Shown: one piece after another, positions 20,112 to 31,239 of the stretch
Layout: each line of letters opens with the position of its first letter
How positions within the stretch are numbered: position 1 is the first letter of the stretch
DNA from: a virus
Strand: one strand, 5' to 3'
IMG/VR virus record: IMGVR_UViG_3300030406_003150
Coordinates: 1-64,000 of that record
DNA length: 64,000 nt
Made by a program: the position numbers and the translations under genes
The notes under the pieces: model-generated
Seen by the model: the letters and a program-made list of their open reading frames with translations, nothing else
What the model was told of the DNA's origin: nothing
Database searches by the model: none

Positions 20112-20501
20112 TTAAGCAAAAACTGGAGAGTTGGCGTTAGCACCAATAATATCCAAGTCAGTTGCTGATTGAAGTCCATCCTTTGTAAGCATTACAGAAG
20201 CAGCTTCGTTTGCAGCATTCAAAGTAAGAGTGTTTGAGCCTCTTCTGAAAATCACTGCGGCAGCGGCAGCATCTTCTGAGTTGCTGTTGAGGCTGGTAAT
20301 GTCAACAAAGAAAATCAATCCCGCTGGGCCGATCAAGTCTACCGTGTATGTAGGTGCCGAATCTGCCCCTTGAGCATTGATCAAAACTGTTCTTGAGTCA
20401 ACCTCAAAGTTTACAGTTTTTGCAGTTTCAGTTGCTACAATCTCAAGAGTCAAGGTAGCGCTTGCTGTTTCAGAAAGCAGGGGAAAAAGTTTATCCGCCA
20501 T
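20112..20501 (-). CDS. Probable minor capsid/decoration protein (start MADKLF)
   Basis: Beta-rich Ala/Thr protein directly after the major capsid gene; start moved to ATG 20501. Confidence 0.45.
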   Translation of the reverse strand: MADKLFPLLSETASATLTLEIVATETAKTVNFEVDSRTVLINAQGADSAPTYTVDLIGPAGLIFFVDITSLNSNSEDAAAAAVIFRRGSNTLTLNAANEAASVMLTKDGLQSATDLDIIGANANSPVFA

Positions 20502-20522
20502 AATAATAAGTATTATGAACAT

Positions 20523-20550
20523 CAAGAGAAAGCCCCGAAGGGCCTTCTCT
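20523..20550 (-). terminator. UUCG hairpin/terminator after major capsid gene
   Basis: AGAGAAGGCCC-TTCG-GGGCTTTCTCT. Confidence 0.7.
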
Positions 20551-20565
20551 GTCAGTTCAGGTTAA

Positions 20566-21987
20566 TTACTTCAATACAACGTGCTGGTTAGCAGCGCGAG
20601 TAACGAGGTTACACTCAGAACGGTAGTTGAACTTAACAGTGTCCTTACCGTTTGTAACGTGACCAAGAACTCCACCGCCTTCTACCCAGTGCTCCATCTC
20701 TCTGCTGTAGTTTCCAGCAGACTTGAAGTTCATCTCCAAAGAAGGAGACTTAATACCAGTAGAAGCGTCAGCTACTTGCGTCATAGGAATCATAGCACCC
20801 TTATGGATTTCGTTGAGTCCACCCAAAGTAGGATCGTTCAACAACTTCCAATCGTGCTTGTGGAAAGTGTATCCACCGCGAGTGAACGACTTAAATCCGA
20901 GCTTTACAGCCAAGTCAGCGTCATTGTTGAATGCGCCGAACTGTCCAGCCAAACCAGCAGTCACCTGAGTAGCGATACCAGAAGCAAGCAAGTTATCGAT
21001 ATCCAAAGAAGTCTTTCTGTTCAGGTACATAGCGTACTCAGCAGGAGCTCCTTCTTTATCGAGCTGAATCAAGATATCGTCGATATCCTTCATGCTAGAG
21101 AATGTTCCGTGAGTTCCACCAGAGAGAGTAGAGATGATACCTCTTCTTTCTACAGCTTGGAAGTAACCCTCAGAACCTGGAATAGTTCCGCTTGCGTCTC
21201 CAGTAGCAGCTGTTTCAACACCGCCGAGAGCGATATCAGCTGCCGATGCTTCAGCTGGAGGACGTGTGCCAACAGCGTCAAGCTGAGAGTACAACAACAT
21301 CATCTCACGCTGATTCATGAAGCGCTTACGAGCATCCATCTCGTTCTTCAAGTACCACATGTACTGTCCGTTTACGTTCAGGTAGCCGATGTTTGTAGCC
21401 TGAGAACCATTCACCTCGTAAGTTTCCTTCGTGATGATGTAAGGATTCTTACGCTTTACCAAACCGTTCTGATAGAACGTAGTTGGCTGGTCAGTACCCT
21501 GAGCGTAGATGTTACCGATGATTGCTGCGGTTCCACTCAATGAGGCGTCAAGCGCCTCGCCGTCAAGACGAACCACGTCAAGAGTATTAGTAGCCGTCTT
21601 AATAACAACTACTCTTTCTCCAGTAGCGAGCAACAACACGTCGTTCACACGGCAAGGCTCGCCAGTTACGGTCAACGTAGCGTTGGCAGCTGGAGAACCC
21701 ACAGCGGCTGACGAGTTAGTGTAAGCAACAGTCTGGTGCAGACGACCCTCTTCGTAGTAATGTACTTCGTCAGCGGTGCCAGCGTTCTTTTTCGCTCCTG
21801 TCATTTCCAGGAAGCCAGTGATGCCCTGATCACCGAAAGTTTCAACATACAGATCTCTTACGTCGGGCTTCGTAGGATCGATTAAATCTCCCAAAGAAGT
21901 ATAGTTCTGTGGGCTGGTTTGAAAGCCTCCGCCTACAAGTCCTTCACTTGATGTGGCGTCGTCTCTATTAGTAATGGAATTAGCCAT
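20566..21987 (-). CDS. Major capsid protein
   Basis: 473 aa; YYEEGRLH, YEVNGS, GYLWYLK-like segment, LGFKSFTRGGYTFHK; follows scaffold-like gene; strong codon bias. Confidence 0.85.
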   Translation of the reverse strand: MANSITNRDDATSSEGLVGGGFQTSPQNYTSLGDLIDPTKPDVRDLYVETFGDQGITGFLEMTGAKKNAGTADEVHYYEEGRLHQTVAYTNSSAAVGSPAANATLTVTGEPCRVNDVLLLATGERVVVIKTATNTLDVVRLDGEALDASLSGTAAIIGNIYAQGTDQPTTFYQNGLVKRKNPYIITKETYEVNGSQATNIGYLNVNGQYMWYLKNEMDARKRFMNQREMMLLYSQLDAVGTRPPAEASAADIALGGVETAATGDASGTIPGSEGYFQAVERRGIISTLSGGTHGTFSSMKDIDDILIQLDKEGAPAEYAMYLNRKTSLDIDNLLASGIATQVTAGLAGQFGAFNNDADLAVKLGFKSFTRGGYTFHKHDWKLLNDPTLGGLNEIHKGAMIPMTQVADASTGIKSPSLEMNFKSAGNYSREMEHWVEGGGVLGHVTNGKDTVKFNYRSECNLVTRAANQHVVLK

Positions 21988-22009
21988 AATATTTTCTTTT
22001 TATAAAAAC

Positions 22010-23095
22010 TTATACAAATCCGAACCCTCCTTTATTCATCCCCATAGCCTCTCTTAATTGTTCGGTTAGGGGGTCGGGTCCGCTAGGTGCGCTTCCTTGA
22101 CTTGGAGAAGTTGGGGTTGCGTTAGCCGCGTTCTGCACTACCGATCTCTGAGCGTCTGCCATGCCCTGTCTGTAAACAGACTGGATAATCTTATCGGCAT
22201 TGTCGATCAAAGCTCTGTGCATGTTGAGCGTATCGTAATCCCAGCTTCCGTCTTCTCTCACGTATGGATCGAAGAACTCGTCAAGGCGAGCATTTTTCTC
22301 AGCGAGTTGACCCTTGTATGCTTCGTCCATACCGAAGGTAAAGCTGTTACCATTTCCGAGATCGAACTCAATCCCTTCCATAGAGTCTAGCTCCTCCGCC
22401 ATAGCAGAAATCCAAGGCTCATCAATAAATGACTCCGACTCTACAGATTGTCGCTCTGGGGCTTGATATTGCAATCGCATTTCTTCAATACCCTTACGCG
22501 CATTCTCTGCGTCGATTTTCATTTGCAGTTGCGAAAGCTTCACCTCGTCTTCTGAGTTAAGATCTGGATCGAGCTTGTACTTGCTAGAGACCAACAATCC
22601 GATTTCTTCTTGAGAAAGGTTGGGGTAGTCAGATGCCATTTGCACCTGAATAGCAGTCATGTCATCCATTTCGGATGGGTTCATAGACTGATAAACAAAC
22701 CAATCTCTTGGATCACGACCAGTGTTATCAACAAAGTCTGCGATCGCAGCGATTCTTTCGTCGAGCTCTCTTTGCTCCTGCTGTTGCACCGTCAAGTCAT
22801 CGAGGGAATTGATGTCTCTTCCAAGCCTTTCGCTAAGGAAGTTAAAGACTGCTCCTTCGACTTCTTCTGGTGAATATTGTGGTTCTCCCACAGTCTCGTT
22901 TGACTGAGGTTCCGAACTAATTTCTTGTTGAACCTCTGGGGTAGCTTCTACCGTAGGCTGTTGATCTACGGCTGGGGCTTGAGGTTGTTGTACTGAAGCT
23001 ATCTCTTCTTCGCTTACAAAGCTGAAGGACGGCTCTGGTGTGGAGACGGGAGCCTCTTGCTCTACCGCCTCTACGGGTTGTGTATTTTCTTCCAT
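22010..23095 (-). CDS. Probable capsid scaffolding protein
   Basis: Very acidic, Pro/Glu/Gln-rich N-terminus, directly upstream of the capsid gene. Confidence 0.6.
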   Translation of the reverse strand: MEENTQPVEAVEQEAPVSTPEPSFSFVSEEEIASVQQPQAPAVDQQPTVEATPEVQQEISSEPQSNETVGEPQYSPEEVEGAVFNFLSERLGRDINSLDDLTVQQQEQRELDERIAAIADFVDNTGRDPRDWFVYQSMNPSEMDDMTAIQVQMASDYPNLSQEEIGLLVSSKYKLDPDLNSEDEVKLSQLQMKIDAENARKGIEEMRLQYQAPERQSVESESFIDEPWISAMAEELDSMEGIEFDLGNGNSFTFGMDEAYKGQLAEKNARLDEFFDPYVREDGSWDYDTLNMHRALIDNADKIIQSVYRQGMADAQRSVVQNAANATPTSPSQGSAPSGPDPLTEQLREAMGMNKGGFGFV

Positions 23096-23113
23096 TAAAT
23101 TAAAATTCGTTTA

Positions 23114-23377
23114 TTACAGGTATGCAATAACGCCGCAGCCTGAAGTATTGGGAACCACAATACTGGTGTATTCACCTTCGATGGTTTGCCCTTCCTTTAG
23201 GATAAGATCGTAGCCATTGCTGTCTTGAGTTCCGTTAACAAAAAAGTTAGGGGAAGTAACGCCATAAGTTCCAGCACCTGTAACCGTAAACTTAAAAAAG
23301 CTTTTGCCTGTAGGGGCGTTTAGAGTAGTATTTTGAGCGCCTACGTGAACCTCACTCACACTGTTTGGATATGCCAT
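23114..23377 (-). CDS. Small beta-rich virion protein (start MAYPNSV)
   Basis: ATG 23377 lies downstream of a TATATTTG box at 23392-23399. Confidence 0.55.
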   Translation of the reverse strand: MAYPNSVSEVHVGAQNTTLNAPTGKSFFKFTVTGAGTYGVTSPNFFVNGTQDSNGYDLILKEGQTIEGEYTSIVVPNTSGCGVIAYL

Positions 23378-23402
23378 TGCTATTCTTTTTGCAAATATAT
23401 AA

Positions 23403-23615
23403 TTATTTCTTCTTGCCTTTTCCAGCGCGGATCTTAGCGGCTTCCTTTCTACCAAACTCGCTCTTCACCCTAGCCATAGCCCAGGCATGCTGAGAAACCT
23501 TTGGTCTGTTTCCAGAAGACATGTACGCAGCTAGACCTCGACGATACACCTCTTTCTGTGCAGCGTCAAGACCAGCCATGCCTCCGCCTTTTTTCTTCTT
23601 CTTCTTGGCCTTCAT
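23403..23615 (-). CDS. Small Lys-rich protein
   Basis: EVYRRGLAAY...WAMARV motif; coupled to neighbours. Confidence 0.65.
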   Translation of the reverse strand: MKAKKKKKKGGGMAGLDAAQKEVYRRGLAAYMSSGNRPKVSQHAWAMARVKSEFGRKEAAKIRAGKGKKK

Positions 23616-23839
23616 TACATTCCTAGCATTTTCTTGGCCTTAGCTCTTTGTGCTGGGTCTTTCAACAAAGCCTCCATCAAGCTACCGCCGTCCTTGAACA
23701 CCTTTCCGCCGTACATGTACTTAGGCATCTTACCGCCCTTACCCATCATCATAGGCTTCTTAATCATGCCGCCACCTGGCATCTTCTTCACTGGCTTCAT
23801 CATGCCGCCAGCCATCATTTTCTTTTTACCGTGGTCCAT
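23615..23839 (-). CDS. Small Met/Lys/Gly-rich repeat protein
   Basis: Five [MYF]xxGG repeats. Confidence 0.65.
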   Translation of the reverse strand: MDHGKKKMMAGGMMKPVKKMPGGGMIKKPMMMGKGGKMPKYMYGGKVFKDGGSLMEALLKDPAQRAKAKKMLGM

Positions 23840-23857
23840 AGTTTTATCTTTTAAAAG

Positions 23858-24406
23858 TTATATCTTATCTCGTTGAGCCATAAGCCTTTTGAGCCTAGCC
23901 GCTACAGCTGGAGGAAATCCTTTCTTCTTTCTTTTAGCTTTTGTCCCTCTATGCTTTTTATATATAGCGCTGATCTCAGCCATAAGCTTCTTTCTCTTCC
24001 CTACGTCAGCACTACCACGAGTATACTTCGGGTTGAACTTCATCCCCTTCTTCGCTTTGGGTACTTCACCTCTTTCCTTTTTTGAAATAGCGATAGCTGC
24101 TTGCTGCTTAAGGTTTCCACCGCTCTTGAAAGTAGCTGGTTCTGATAATTTTGGCCTAACTATATACCCTCTTTCATCCTGAGACAATATAATCTCTGGG
24201 TAATCCCTGCCCTCAACTAAATTACGAACAACTGATGTCTCCCCTGGTTTAACACCCATGGACTTGATAGCTTCAGCTACAAGCGCCTCTCGAAGAATGC
24301 TTTTAGCAAGATGCCTCTGCGGTGATCTTTCTTCCATAACAGGAAGATTCATATCGAAATTAATCTGTCGCTTTATGGGTTTTATTTTCTTCTTTCGTGC
24401 CATCAC
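23858..24406 (-). CDS. Basic hypothetical protein
   Basis: 182-aa Lys/Arg-rich ORF containing FKSGG. Confidence 0.6.
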   Translation of the reverse strand: MMARKKKIKPIKRQINFDMNLPVMEERSPQRHLAKSILREALVAEAIKSMGVKPGETSVVRNLVEGRDYPEIILSQDERGYIVRPKLSEPATFKSGGNLKQQAAIAISKKERGEVPKAKKGMKFNPKYTRGSADVGKRKKLMAEISAIYKKHRGTKAKRKKKGFPPAVAARLKRLMAQRDKI

Positions 24407-24603
24407 TTCTTCTTTGGGTGGTCAGCCATTTTGAACGTAGCCTTCTTCACGGCACCAGGGTGTGGTACGTAGTCGCCTTTCATAAGATAGTATCTACCTC
24501 CCTCTTCCATCCAGTGAAAGCCCTTCGGTGGATCAATAGACATCTTTCGGCTTGTTACGGTAAACTTCCCGCCCTTCTTGTACTTAGCTACTTTCATCAC
24601 CAC
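24403..24603 (-). CDS. Small basic protein
   Basis: YKKGG, PPKGFHWM; overlapping start/stop coupling. Confidence 0.6.
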   Translation of the reverse strand: MVMKVAKYKKGGKFTVTSRKMSIDPPKGFHWMEEGGRYYLMKGDYVPHPGAVKKATFKMADHPKKK

Positions 24604-24890
24604 TTAGATTTGTTAGCCCAGTACGCTGCACTCATCTTGCCCTTTGCGATGTTGCGTCTGTGTCTAGCCTTGAAGCTGGCTCTCTTTTTCTTCATCTTGT
24701 CGCTCTCTCCAGCCTTTGGCTTGCCCGCTGTCTTGGCACCTTGCTGACCGTAACGTATAAGCTTTACTTTGTTTCCTTCTTTCGCTAACACTATGTGAGA
24801 CTTCTTAGGGTGCTTCGGAGTTCTCTTGGGTTTGTTCACCCCAGATAACCCGTGCTTCTTAAGGAGGTTCTTGACTCTAGTATTAGACAT
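24597..24890 (-). CDS. Small basic protein (SFKARH...SAAYWA type)
   Basis: Motif typical of marine phage basic proteins; TACCTTTG box 4 nt upstream. Confidence 0.7.
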   Translation of the reverse strand: MSNTRVKNLLKKHGLSGVNKPKRTPKHPKKSHIVLAKEGNKVKLIRYGQQGAKTAGKPKAGESDKMKKKRASFKARHRRNIAKGKMSAAYWANKSKW

Positions 24891-24894
24891 CTGG

Positions 24895-24902
24895 CAAAGG
24901 TA
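24895..24902 (-). promoter_or_regulatory. -7 box TACCTTTG, 4 nt before ATG 24890
   Basis: TAnnTTTG in intergenic gap. Confidence 0.6.
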
Positions 24903-24916
24903 ATAAAAATAAAAAG

Positions 24917-25174
24917 TTATGGCTTGACGCCATATTCGCCAGCGGGAAGCGTGTAAGTAATTTCTCCTCCATTTACCATATCCAAGTAGGTGTATGTTTT
25001 TGGAGAAGACAATTCCATACTTTCATAAGTAGCTCGCCAGGTTGTTTCGTTAATTTTAATGCACTCGTCTAACGAAGATTCGTTGAACCCAAAAGAAAAG
25101 TTTGGACAATTATCGTCACTCCAGCTTTCCTCTAAATCAGACTCAGAGGTAATATTTACTGTGTATGTAGCCAT
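24917..25174 (-). CDS. Small acidic protein, possible tail-fibre partner
   Basis: 85-aa ORF coupled to the RCC1-like gene. Confidence 0.55.
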   Translation of the reverse strand: MATYTVNITSESDLEESWSDDNCPNFSFGFNESSLDECIKINETTWRATYESMELSSPKTYTYLDMVNGGEITYTLPAGEYGVKP

Positions 25175-25176
25175 TT

Positions 25177-26534
25177 TTATTGATATTGAGCGATTAACAC
25201 TTCGGCGCTGTTTGAATCTGGTCTTATAATGGCAGCTTCTCCGTTTATCTGAGAGTCTATAAGTAAAGTTGGGCTTGTTATATATGCCCCGCTGGTACTA
25301 TTAGGTGATATATTTCCCTCTCTTGTATACCCAACGTAATAGAGCTTGCCAGATCTTTTTATGATAAGATACTTGACTATGTATTGACCTCGTGCATAGT
25401 AGATGTCTTCAGCATCAGTCCAGGTACTCGTTCTCACAGCGTCTCCAGCCTTATGATCATCCTGGGTTCCGTCTCCACTCATGTAATATTGCCCATCACC
25501 CTGGTGGTAAAAATGACCACTAGAGTTAATCAGGTGTGAAGAGTAGTAGTTAGCGTAAAACTTAGTCCAATCGGTCTGAAGGGTACCGCCAACAGAACCA
25601 GTTTGAACCATGATGGTTTGATCAGAGGTTAAGTTTTGACCTAAAGGTTCGTTGCTGTCACATCTTCCGCAAGCAAAGGCCCTACCGCTTTGAATCGCAG
25701 TTGTGTGGTGATAGCTTGCGTCAACAAAAGAAAAATTATTGTTTGTAGCGCTAACGAGATTCGTAGCATCTACAGCAGTCCACGTAGTTGTGTTTCCTGA
25801 CTGGGTGTTTTGTCCAGTCATTCCGTCGTTGTTTCGCCCAGCAGTGTAAAGCACGTTGCTTGACCCCTTAATAGCAGCAGTATGATTTTGACTGACAGAT
25901 ACGCTAACCCAGTCGCTATCTGTTCCTATTTGAGTCCAATTACCGTAAGACGAAGAGGTTGAACCATTTCCAAACTTTCCGTAACTGTTGTTGCCAATAC
26001 CATAAAGCTTTCCAGAGTTTATAGCTAGTGCAGTAGAAGAACAGGCGGATACGTCTGTCCATCCCGTATCAGAGTCGCCAACCCCTGTAAGCTGAGTAAA
26101 GGTCCTCCGCGAGACACTCCCTGAGCCGCCCCAATAGCTGTTGGATGTAGCCATAATCCACATCTTTCCGTCTGTATCTATAATAAAAATTGCATACCCT
26201 CCAGCCGTCATTTTTGATACGGTTGGGGTAAATGGAGTAGCAGCTCTAGCGTGGATACCATTGACGTCTGAAGAGTAGTTTCTAACTATATCTGTCCCCA
26301 GGGTAAACCCAGTAACATCGTCGCCGCCGCTGTGCTTTCCGCTGGAGGCTGATTCGCTGTAGGGTTGCCTGTATGCCCCTCCCATCTGTATCAATCCAGA
26401 CGTTGGCACTGTGGTGGTGTACGTTCCCGTCCCAGCCACAGGGTCAAAAGCTCCACCAGAGGCTGGAATATCCTGTCCGTTTATAGATGCAATGTTAGCC
26501 ATGTCTATACCGTTTTTCTGATCTATGTCTGGCA

Positions 26535-26535
<1 letters not shown>
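25177..26535 (-). CDS. RCC1/BLIP-II-like beta-propeller, putative receptor-binding protein
   Basis: Repeated G.N..G..G...W..V/I units (GNNSYGKFG, GRNNDGMTG, GTDSDWVSVS). Confidence 0.7.
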
Positions 26536-28746
<2,211 letters not shown>

Positions 28747-28747
28747 A

Positions 28748-31195
28748 TCAACCTAATAGTGTGTTTGTAATATCTGCTGGTATATCAGAACCCTCTGCTA
28801 TTTCACCTCTCTTGCCTTGACGTTGAGATATAAGCTTGCTCTGCTTCTCCGCTTGCTTATCTATCCTTTCGTCCTTTCTGTTCTCCTTGAGAACTTCAAT
28901 CTTTTCTTTAAACTCTTGATCGTCAGTCTTGAATCCAAGAGTCGCCTGAGCTTTAATTATCTCAATCTCTTTTCTAAACTGATGGCGTACCTGTTCGAGC
29001 TGCGACTCTAACTGAGTTTTAAGCTGCATCTTTTGAGCATCTATCTCTGCCTCCATCTGCATCTCTTGCATCCTAGCTTGAGAAGCAGCCTGAGCAGAAG
29101 CCTGAGCTTGCTGAGCCTGGAACTGAGAATTTTGCGCAGCGATCTGTTGTTGAGAAGCGATTCTCTTTTTCCTTCGGATCACAAGCAAACGCTCAGCTTG
29201 ATTCACATCCTTTATGTTGCGAATAGCTATAGCATCCTCAATATCTATTTCCTTTTGCTGCAAAGAAATCTGTATGTTTTGTTCCAAGTATGCCTTGTCT
29301 TTGTCCTCCATTTCTTTGACTACCTGCACACCAAAGTTGTACATCGGCAAGTTGCTAAACGAAGAAAGGACAGACATATTTTCTTTTCCAATAGCGTTCT
29401 CATAAACCCTATACAAGACAGACTCAGAAGGAAGTATCTGTATGCACTTCACTATGTCTTCGCACACATACTTAAACAACACCATAGAAGCATTAGTGAT
29501 GTCGTATATAGCATTGTTCCCAGCTGCTATAGCTTGCTGCTGAACACCCACGAGTGTATCACCCTTAGGGGTAGAAGCATCCATCATCTCGTTGATTCCC
29601 GTAGTGTCACGGATCATTCGGAGATAGTGGTTGTATAAACCAATCAATTCGTTGATATTTCGAATGCTGTTACCTATCTCTCTGACTGGAGGATTTTGGA
29701 AACCACCTTCTGGGTTCTTGCTTCTGTAGTAGAAGACACCTGTCTGCTCGTATATGTCGTGGAGATCCAAAGGCTGAAGTTCGCCGCCCTTTCCAAGCTG
29801 TACGTTTTCTAGACCTTCGATGTCAATGATCAGTCCGTCAGGCTTGGCCTTTGCGATAGCTTGCTGCAACTTCAAGTGAGTCAACTGCAACATATCGGCA
29901 AAACCCGTGCAACTATCCACCAAAGACTTTGGCATCATGTTGCGGATGTTTGTCGCAACTACAGAATAAGACAGTCTGCACTTAGATATATCATGAATAT
30001 TCTTAGGGATATTCTTGCTCATCCCATAGTTGAAAATCATATCAGAACCGCCCAAGATATAGCTACCACCGTAAACGGTAGCAATTTCCATTTTGTGCGG
30101 TTTTCTTTGAAACACACTCCCCTGTTTAGGCTCATAATTAAAACCCTTCATAAAGAAGTTTACGTTTCCGAACCTGTTCTCCTTCTCTTCGAAATGAATA
30201 CAATCAACAGAGATAAATTCAAAATCTAATATGTTAACCATATACTCATCGTACCCATACTCCTGGCGCATAAGTCGATTGTTGTAAGAGGTCTTGTTTA
30301 ACGCACTAGAATCATTACCGTACTTCCCGCTTACAGTCTTAGCTATCTTTTCAAAGTCGTGCTCTTCTAGTTCATGACCAGCTAACCTTTTTAGCTCTTG
30401 TATGGATACCGTCTTAATGTGACCAGCATAAATTAAATCTTGGAAGGTGGGGTCCTCTGTGTAGCTATGAATAAACTTAGTCGGATCAACGTAATTAGTT
30501 TTGATTCCTTCGTTGGGGTCGTTGGTCCTCTGCACAACAGCCATGCCCAAAGAAACTAAGTCGTTAACACATCGTCTAAAAATATTATCGGTGAAGTTAT
30601 TCCAGGAAAGAGTCATATTGGTTCCAATCTGAGCTGCCACTTCAGCATCAGTCTTGGTGTTTGTACCCAAGAATATTTCTGACTCTTCTAAAGAATCTGG
30701 TAATTCGTCAGGGTCGATGTCGAGAACCAACCCGCTTTTTTCTTTTAGAGCCTTAAGCTTTTCCTTGGCTTGAATCTGTACCTCTACTCTTCTTTTCTTT
30801 TTGTCTTTTTCAGAAGAAGAAAGTGGGTCTACAGCCTCAAGATTGGGGTACGGATTTCTAGAAAGGATTTTGTTTACAACGACACGAACAAACTTTGGAA
30901 GGATAGGAACTGGCGTATAATCCAGATTCATCAAGCTGCCATCACCATCGTTCGGATTCAAAGACCGAAGAAGCTTCTTGTATATGTTGGTGTCTTGATT
31001 ACCGTTAGCGTAATCCCTACTTCTTTCAAAAATAACATTTCTTTTCCCATAAAGAGATGTGGAGCTAGTCATCTTACCCCACTGAGACTCCATCGCTTTT
31101 GCGTATGCAATCCCGTAAGCCTTACTGTTTTTCGTTTCAGTGCTTGCTAACGGATCGGGAAACGAGCCTTTTTTGTTGTCGTTTTTATAATTCAT
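28748..31195 (-). CDS. Portal protein
   Basis: 815 aa right after the terminase; PVPILPKFV, IRDTTGINE, C-terminal Gln-rich coiled coil. Confidence 0.85.
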   Translation of the reverse strand: MNYKNDNKKGSFPDPLASTETKNSKAYGIAYAKAMESQWGKMTSSTSLYGKRNVIFERSRDYANGNQDTNIYKKLLRSLNPNDGDGSLMNLDYTPVPILPKFVRVVVNKILSRNPYPNLEAVDPLSSSEKDKKKRRVEVQIQAKEKLKALKEKSGLVLDIDPDELPDSLEESEIFLGTNTKTDAEVAAQIGTNMTLSWNNFTDNIFRRCVNDLVSLGMAVVQRTNDPNEGIKTNYVDPTKFIHSYTEDPTFQDLIYAGHIKTVSIQELKRLAGHELEEHDFEKIAKTVSGKYGNDSSALNKTSYNNRLMRQEYGYDEYMVNILDFEFISVDCIHFEEKENRFGNVNFFMKGFNYEPKQGSVFQRKPHKMEIATVYGGSYILGGSDMIFNYGMSKNIPKNIHDISKCRLSYSVVATNIRNMMPKSLVDSCTGFADMLQLTHLKLQQAIAKAKPDGLIIDIEGLENVQLGKGGELQPLDLHDIYEQTGVFYYRSKNPEGGFQNPPVREIGNSIRNINELIGLYNHYLRMIRDTTGINEMMDASTPKGDTLVGVQQQAIAAGNNAIYDITNASMVLFKYVCEDIVKCIQILPSESVLYRVYENAIGKENMSVLSSFSNLPMYNFGVQVVKEMEDKDKAYLEQNIQISLQQKEIDIEDAIAIRNIKDVNQAERLLVIRRKKRIASQQQIAAQNSQFQAQQAQASAQAASQARMQEMQMEAEIDAQKMQLKTQLESQLEQVRHQFRKEIEIIKAQATLGFKTDDQEFKEKIEVLKENRKDERIDKQAEKQSKLISQRQGKRGEIAEGSDIPADITNTLLG

Positions 31196-31239
31196 ATTTT
31201 TTAAAGCACAGTAAGCTTGTTTGCAAATATAGCAAATCG

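Noticed and set aside
20581-21543. 320-aa plus-strand ORF
   Set aside because: Antisense shadow of the codon-biased capsid gene; most other short antisense ORFs were rejected for the same reason
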